Assembly: GCA_011321935.1 (NCBI GenBank) | Contig: DROJ01000138.1 | Span: forward strand, 1 to 60,520 | DNA from: Bacteroidota bacterium | GTDB lineage: Bacteria > Bacteroidota > Bacteroidia > Chitinophagales > Saprospiraceae | Direction of reading: 5' to 3' | Length of the DNA: 60,520 bases | In this document: piece after piece, positions 55,230 through 60,520 of the stretch | How the letters are laid out: each line of letters begins with the position of its first letter | Position numbering within the stretch: position 1 is the first letter of the stretch | Translations under genes and position numbers: made by a program | The notes under the pieces: model-generated | The model's database searches: none | What the model was told of the DNA's origin: nothing | The model's input: only the letters and a program-made list of their open reading frames with translations

Positions 55230-56294
55230 TTATTTCATTATTTCAAATTTTTTCAAGCCCCTCACCGAGTTGGCACCGTCTTTCAGGACGAGGTAGTAAT
55301 GCCCCGGCCCGATGCTTTTCAACTCCAACCTCAACTCGTTTCCGCTCAGTTTTTTTGAAATCAAGATGCGCCCGTTAAGGTCATAAACATCGCACTGCCC
55401 ATTGACAGGTTCGGGCAGGTTAACGACGAGGTAATCTTGGGCAGGGTTGGGGAAAAGCTGGAAATCAATAGCGGGGAGGTCACTGACACTGGTTACAAAC
55501 CCTTTCAGCCAAGTTGCTTTTCTGGAGCCATCGGCAAGTGTGTATTCAAGCTGCACGATGGGGAAGGCTTTGTTGTCCTCATTGCCCCACCAATTGTAAG
55601 TGATGACGGTGTCGGGCTCAAAACTCTGGAACAAACTCCAGTTGCCTGCGGCAAGGGCAAAAAGGTCGTTTTGGGATATTTCTGTTTCAGAAGACCGCAG
55701 CGTTTCGAAAGTACCCGTCGGAGTGGTCATTTGTCCATAAGCATCTATTTTGACAGAACGCTGGACGGAGGTTACCAGCCTTACGCTGTCAAAAGAAGGG
55801 ATGTTGATTGTAGCGCCTTCTATTTGTGCGATACGCTGGAGCTGCTCGTCATAAGCATCCCCGAAGGTGGCAGGGAAGCGGATGAGGCTTTGCCCGGGCA
55901 CGAAATCCAGTTTTCCTTCCACTTCGAGGCCCTGGGTTTCGAATAAACCCTCTGCGCCTATTATTTGGATTTTATCATCGTCCATGACCATGAAGACATA
56001 AATTGAGGTGTCTTGTTTTGAGGCAAGGTTGGCCTCGGGGAAAGAGTTGGGGAATGGCGAGTTGCCCGGGGCAAGGAAGGCAAAGGTGGTAACGGCGCCC
56101 TCTGCCAGTTCGCTGAAATCCCAAGATTGGTTGCCAGTGGCCCCTTCAAGAATAGAAGCGGCAGGGTTTTCATCCACTGTTTGTTCTGCCACCACGTTTA
56201 TCGGGGTGATGTCGTCAGCCGTTATGGTTATCTGTGCATTGGCCAATGAAAAGGAGAAAAGTAAAGCGGCCAAAAAGTAAAAGGACTTTTTCAT
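55230..56294 (-). CDS. secreted protein with T9SS type A sorting domain
   Basis: 354 aa. Signal MKKSFYFLAALLFSFSLANAQ. C-terminus FQLFPNPAQDYLVVNLP...VYDLNGRIL...GHYYLVLKDG. Confidence 0.8.
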   Translation of the reverse strand: MKKSFYFLAALLFSFSLANAQITITADDITPINVVAEQTVDENPAASILEGATGNQSWDFSELAEGAVTTFAFLAPGNSPFPNSFPEANLASKQDTSIYVFMVMDDDKIQIIGAEGLFETQGLEVEGKLDFVPGQSLIRFPATFGDAYDEQLQRIAQIEGATINIPSFDSVRLVTSVQRSVKIDAYGQMTTPTGTFETLRSSETEISQNDLFALAAGNWSLFQSFEPDTVITYNWWGNEDNKAFPIVQLEYTLADGSRKATWLKGFVTSVSDLPAIDFQLFPNPAQDYLVVNLPEPVNGQCDVYDLNGRILISKKLSGNELRLELKSIGPGHYYLVLKDGANSVRGLKKFEIMK

Positions 56295-56465
56295 AAAAGA
56301 TTTTTTTTGTGATGATAAATTGCTGATTGAAAGATTTTATTGGATGTGCCGTGAAAATTTGAAAGGGCAAAGGTGTGTATCATTGAACACAAATGTAGAG
56401 CATTTTCCAATTTGGTTTTCATATGCCCAGAAAAGGAATTAAAAACTGCCCGACATTTTTCTTGA

Positions 56466-56669
56466 AATGGTTAAATGGCTGAATGGCTGAATGGTTAAAT
56501 GGTTAAATGGCTGAATGGTTAAATGGCTAAATGGCTAAATGGTTAAATGGTTAAATGGCCCTTCCCGCACGTGGACAACTCGTTCGGAAAAACCATTTAG
56601 CCATTCAGCCATTTAACCATTTAACCATTTAACCATTTAACCATTCAGCCATTCAGCCATTAAACCATA
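56466..56669. repeat. ~200-bp hairpin with AATGG(T/C)T(A/G)AATGG word arms
   Basis: There are 11 or more word units on the left and their complements on the right. The loop cccttcccgcacgtggacaactcgttcggaaaaacc is related to the 24594-24710 loop. Confidence 0.85.
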
Positions 56670-56710
56670 AGTTTGCGTTTCATCAAAAAAAGGAAGTTGG
56701 TACAGTTTGC

Positions 56711-57808
56711 ATGAACGAGTCGATCACTATAAATCCCGGTTTGAATTTCCGGCCTGTTTTTTTTGCCCGCTACCCAGTGGAGCGGCTCAGCCCTGCTCAG
56801 GTTGATGCGCTTTTGGCCAATGGTTGGTTTCGGACGGGCCTGCACGTTCAGAGTACGCTCGGGAGGTTCGTGGACCAATCTTGGAAGCCATGCCTCATGC
56901 TCCGCATTTCATTGAAAACACTAAGTTGGAAAAAGAAACTGCGGAAAATCATGCGGAGGAACGGGGAAATGTTTGAAGTGAAGATAAGGCCATTTGCCCC
57001 CAGTGCCGAGGTGGAGCGCCTATGGCAGGACTTCAAAACGGGGGTGCATAAATGGAAAAATGTCCCGAACCTGTCTCTCCACTTATTTCGGGGAAGGGAA
57101 CCTTCGGCTTTTAATTCGTGGGAAGTGTGCATTTACAAAAATGGGAAACTTGTTGCTTTTAGTGTTTTTGACAAAGGCGGGCGTTCGATAGCAGGCCTCG
57201 AAGCGGCCTATGATGTGGCCTACCGGAAATACAGCTTGGGCATTTATACGATGCTTGTCGAAATGGAACTGGGCATGGAGGAAGGGCTGTCCTATTACTA
57301 TCCCGGTTTTTATCCAAAAGACAGCCCCATGTTCGGGTATAAAATGCGGACGGGCAATGTCGAATTTTACAGGTTGCGGGAAAATACTTGGCTGCCCTGG
57401 GAGGAACACCGGGCAGCCGATTGGCTGCTCGATGAAGTGTTCGATCAATTGAAAGCACTGGGCAGCAGATTTGCGCGGGACAAGCACAGTGCAACCGTCA
57501 AGGTTTTTCAAAAGAACAACTATCCGGGCCAGCAGGTTAAATTGTCCGATTTTAATTTCCTTTTGGTGGTCAAAGAAGTGGTCAGTAATGGTATGCCGAA
57601 GGTCGTTCAGGTAGCATGGTGCCCCCTCCGCAAGAAATATTACCTGTTTTCACATGTCCCTCCAGGGGAGCATATTTTGAAAAACGGGAACGGGGCTTGG
57701 TTCGGTGTCAATTTGATTTCTTCCCCGTTCCGGCTTGCCGGTGCTTATGGGGATATAAAATCAGTTGAGGCGGCGGCAAAAAAAATGCTGGCAGGTTTCA
57801 GTTTTTAA
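56711..57808 (+). CDS. ATE1/Bpt-like aminoacyl-tRNA-protein transferase family protein with extra C-terminal region (tentative)
   Basis: 365 aa. LLANGWFRTG and YRKYSLGIYTMLVEMELGMEEGLSYYYPGFYPKDSPMFGYKMRTGNVEFY resemble the ATE/Bpt core (SLG...YYYLGY...M.YK..F.P.E). The N-terminal Cys motif is absent. Confidence 0.5.
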   Translation: MNESITINPGLNFRPVFFARYPVERLSPAQVDALLANGWFRTGLHVQSTLGRFVDQSWKPCLMLRISLKTLSWKKKLRKIMRRNGEMFEVKIRPFAPSAEVERLWQDFKTGVHKWKNVPNLSLHLFRGREPSAFNSWEVCIYKNGKLVAFSVFDKGGRSIAGLEAAYDVAYRKYSLGIYTMLVEMELGMEEGLSYYYPGFYPKDSPMFGYKMRTGNVEFYRLRENTWLPWEEHRAADWLLDEVFDQLKALGSRFARDKHSATVKVFQKNNYPGQQVKLSDFNFLLVVKEVVSNGMPKVVQVAWCPLRKKYYLFSHVPPGEHILKNGNGAWFGVNLISSPFRLAGAYGDIKSVEAAAKKMLAGFSF

Positions 57809-57826
57809 AAACTGAAACCTGCCAGC
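57787..57826. repeat. perfect 40-bp palindrome spanning the stop codon (possible terminator)
   Basis: gctggcaggtttcagttttt / aaaaactgaaacctgccagc. The stop taa (57806-57808) is at the dyad centre. No T-run follows. Confidence 0.7.
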
Positions 57827-58526
57827 ATCTCGCTCCGCATTCAGCGGGTTTTGTTAAAAATGTTTGTTTTCAAAAAAAAATGTTTGGCGTAATCAGGGCG
57901 GATGGGAGTTGGAAAATTTCCGTTTTTCAGGGTAGAAGGCATTTTTTTTAGTGCAGGTGCTGGTGTTTTGATACATGTCTTTGTTTGATTATTAACATTA
58001 AAAAATAGTGTACGTGATGTTCCTGTCGCAGGTCATGATGCGCCAAAGCCCTGGCCGGCAGCGCTTATTGTTTTAAGTAAAAATTTGGTGGAAATGAAAA
58101 GGAGAAAACAAAATTGGGAAGTAGCCCGCTAAGGCCAAAAACCATTCCATTCTTCGGGGATTCGGTAAAATGTTCCAACAGTGGCATAGGCGGGCCGACC
58201 GCCACAAGTTTTATGGAATAAAAAAACAAGATGCTCTTTTATACCGGTTGCCGTAAACTTACCTGAATCAAAGCTGTTGGTAATTGGATAGGCACTCTTG
58301 CTGAAGTTTTTTGAAGCAAAGTGTAAATTATACCCATTTGAACAGAACTAATTTTTAAATTTTACGTTGTTTTAAGTATGCATCAAAGAAATAACACTGT
58401 GCTTATTCCCACCTTATTTTTTTCTGAACTACATGAACTTCGATTTACTGAACTTTACCCAAGTCAACTTATGGGCAGGAGGTGTTGGATGTATAAAAAA
58501 GTCAACTGAAATCATTAATTAAAATA

Positions 58527-58883
58527 TTGCAAATGGAACAGGAATACTTTGAAAAAGCAATTGATTGGGCGAGGAAGAGGGGCTTTTCAAACATCAAGGC
58601 AAACCACGAAGATTATGAAGTGCCCGCACATTTTACTAAACCGGGAGAAGACGAACTGGTAATCCCAGACATTACCGGACTGAAAACAGGAGGGAAAAGC
58701 TACATCGAAATAGCTACAAAAACCGACCTGATCCATGACAAAATATCGAAATGGAAACTGCTGAGTTTGCTGGCAGCCAGAAAAGGTGGAAAACTTTTCC
58801 TGCTTGCACCGAGGGGCCACAAGCGTTTTGCAGAAGACATCGTGAAAGTCCACAATCTCAATGCGGAGATCAAAAGTATTTAG
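58527..58883 (+). CDS. hypothetical protein
   Basis: 118-aa ORF (TTG 58527, or ATG 58533). Balanced composition. No family recognised. Confidence 0.5.
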   Translation: MQMEQEYFEKAIDWARKRGFSNIKANHEDYEVPAHFTKPGEDELVIPDITGLKTGGKSYIEIATKTDLIHDKISKWKLLSLLAARKGGKLFLLAPRGHKRFAEDIVKVHNLNAEIKSI

Positions 58884-58987
58884 TGCAGGGATTAGTAAAT
58901 AAGTGAATAGTTGCCAGTCCACCAAACTCTTGATAGCCAAGTGAACGAACTAATCACTAGTTACTTTTTTACTAATCACTCCAATAG
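58882..58987. repeat. degenerate copy of the TAATCAC-word MITE arm
   Basis: tagtgcaggg...gaacgaactaatcactagttacttttttactaatcactccaatag aligns with ...ggcggactaatcactagtcaactaattactaatcactgcaatag of 7978-8093. It begins at the stop codon tag of the upstream CDS. Confidence 0.55.
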
Positions 58988-59109
58988 ATTTTCAATTTTT
59001 TAACCTCCTTTCTAAGGAAATTCATTGTGTATTGCAGTTTTAATATTTTTTTCGCTACATTGCGCCGCTTTTTGAAACACTAATACACAAAGGATACTTA
59101 AATTAAGAA

Positions 59110-59976
59110 ATGAGAGCTTTAATCATTACTCAGTCCATCACCCGGCGGGACGCTAAATCGCTGGAAAAATACATGACGGAAGTCAGCCGTTATGACCTGC
59201 TTACACCTGAACAGGAAGTTGATTTGTTTCGCAAGTATAAATCCGGGAGTGAAGACGCATTTCAGACTATTGTCAATGCCAACCTCCGATTCGTTATTTC
59301 CGTTGCCAAACAATACCAACACTGTGGGCTGTCTTTGGGAGACCTTATCAACGAAGGGAACCTGGGGCTATTGAAAGCAGCACAACGTTTCGATGAGACT
59401 AAGGGCTTTAAGTTCATTTCCTATGCCGTTTGGTGGATCCGTCAAAGCATCCTTCAGGCAGTGGGTGAAAAATCACGTAAAATACGTGTCCCTTTCAACC
59501 ACCAGTCTAACTTGATGAAGGTGCTTCGCAAAAGGGACCACCTGCTCCAACATCTTGAGCGTGAGCCAAGTATCAAGGAGATTGCCAAGGAAGTAGAAAT
59601 GACCGAAGAAGCCGTAGAAAGGTGCCTGTCAACCAATAACCACTGCGGTTCATTGGATGCTCCGGTTCAAGACGGAGAAGACACCAGCCTTACTTATTTC
59701 CTCGAAGATCAAGGCGTTCCCCGCCCTGATACGAAGGTTGCACAAACCGAATCCTTGCAAAAAGAGATACAAATGCTGCTCAACGGCCTCCAGCCAAATG
59801 AAGCAGAAGTTCTCTCCATGTATTATGGAATAGGCAGGGAACGGCCATGCGGCCTCGAAGAAATCAGCGAACTGATGGGCGTGGGCAAAGAACGCGTCCG
59901 CCAGATCAAGTACAAAGGATTAAAAAAGTTGCAGGCAAAGATCCAGAGCAAAGGATTGCACTTTAGCCTGAACTAA
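59110..59976 (+). CDS. rpoD: primary RNA polymerase sigma factor (Bacteroidota sigma-A type)
   Basis: 288 aa. NLRFVISVAKQY, LINEGNLGLLKAAQRFD, FISYAVWWIRQ and the region 4 GLEEISELMGVGKERVRQIKYKGLKKL. Confidence 0.9.
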   Translation: MRALIITQSITRRDAKSLEKYMTEVSRYDLLTPEQEVDLFRKYKSGSEDAFQTIVNANLRFVISVAKQYQHCGLSLGDLINEGNLGLLKAAQRFDETKGFKFISYAVWWIRQSILQAVGEKSRKIRVPFNHQSNLMKVLRKRDHLLQHLEREPSIKEIAKEVEMTEEAVERCLSTNNHCGSLDAPVQDGEDTSLTYFLEDQGVPRPDTKVAQTESLQKEIQMLLNGLQPNEAEVLSMYYGIGRERPCGLEEISELMGVGKERVRQIKYKGLKKLQAKIQSKGLHFSLN

Positions 59977-60003
59977 ATACCGGATTTTATTTCGGTCAAT
60001 ATA

Positions 60004-60038
60004 AAGTTGGCTTCTCGGAAGGGAAGCCAACTTTTTTT
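60004..60038 (+). terminator. rho-independent terminator after rpoD
   Basis: aagttggcttc ... gaagccaactt stem followed by a T7 run. Confidence 0.8.
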
Positions 60039-60077
60039 GTTTAGCCCAATCGGTACAATGGTCTTTGGATTTTATTT

Positions 60078-60291
60078 GTAACTGCTTAGCACCCCTCGAA
60101 ATCTCAGGGAGGGGGAATAAATTCCCCCTCTTTTAGAAAGGCTTGTAGTCCTGCTCTCTATTGAGAAAAACGATCATAAAAATTTTTGATATTTACGACT
60201 TCTTTTATCTTACTCCATGCCCTTCCAAAAGGGTGGGAATTTATTCCCACCCTATAGACCTCCAGGATTTCGAGTGGTGCTAAGCAGTTAC
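60078..60291. mobile_element. 214-bp GTAACT-terminus element carrying two GGGAAT-family hairpins as cargo
   Basis: gtaactgcttagcacccctcgaaatc (60078-60103) is the reverse complement of gatttcgagtggtgctaagcagttac (60266-60291). The interior holds gagggggaataaattccccctc and the 40-nt ctccatgccc...cccaccc copy. The flanks TTTTATTT and CTTTTAAT are not a clean TSD. Confidence 0.7.
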
Positions 60292-60312
60292 CTTTTAATT
60301 TAAAAAAAATTC

Positions 60313-60520
60313 AATGCACACCAACATTAAAGTTTTCAAATTTGGCGGGTCAATGATAAACGGCGCAGATGGCCTGAAAAGCATCCTTCCTATTTTACAA
60401 AAAAATAAAAATGAGCCGCTCGTGGTCGTGGTTTCAGCGCTGGAGGGGGCAACAAAAAAATTGGAAGGAATAGTGGAAGCCTACACAAAGCAGACGGGCG
60501 GGGCCATGCAGTTGTTTGAA
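60313..60520 (+). CDS. aspartate kinase / amino-acid-kinase family, 5' fragment running off the window
   Basis: ATG 60313. MHTNIKVFKFGGSMINGADGLKSILPIL...PLVVVVSALEGATKKL is the typical N-terminal KFGG(S/T)S...VVSA pattern. The frame is open to the window end. Confidence 0.65.

Noticed and set aside
60070-60299. Target-site duplication for the 60078-60291 element
   Set aside because: The flanks TTTTATTT and CTTTTAAT differ, matching 7/8 only after a 1-nt shift. It is not counted among the clean TSD cases.

Overview
This is a 60.5-kb chromosomal window from a Bacteroidota-type genome. The taxonomic call rests on T9SS type A and type B C-terminal sorting domains, GldC, a short 288-aa primary sigma factor and an ECF-sigma operon. 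I support about 36 CDS. They include three giant repeat-rich surface proteins, housekeeping genes (ribH, pdhA, rarA, rpoD, an aspartate kinase 5' end), a mazEF toxin-antitoxin pair and two tRNAs. They also include a seven-gene same-strand cluster with two IPCT/DIPPS-architecture CDP-alcohol phosphatidyltransferases, a radical SAM/SPASM enzyme, a flippase-like protein and two oxidoreductases. Six observations stand out. (1) tRNA-Leu(UAA) is interrupted between U34 and A35 by a 248-nt group I intron whose core looks like the cyanobacterial/plastid tRNA-Leu intron. (2) A MITE-like family has GTAACT...AGTTAC termini, and five copies carry perfect 8-bp target-site duplications. (3) A related 116-bp half-element splits a ~2,300-aa T9SS adhesin gene into two ORFs. 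(4) Nearly every intergenic gap holds a large palindromic repeat built from short stop-rich words, and at least nine CDS end inside such a repeat. (5) The last 52 nt of ribH are part of a 3x tandem unit. (6) There is an unusual TIR-like/TPR/SDR fusion and a nicotinamidase-fold protein with all catalytic residues replaced. All functional calls come from motif recognition by eye, with no searches run. Repeat borders are accurate to a few bp.
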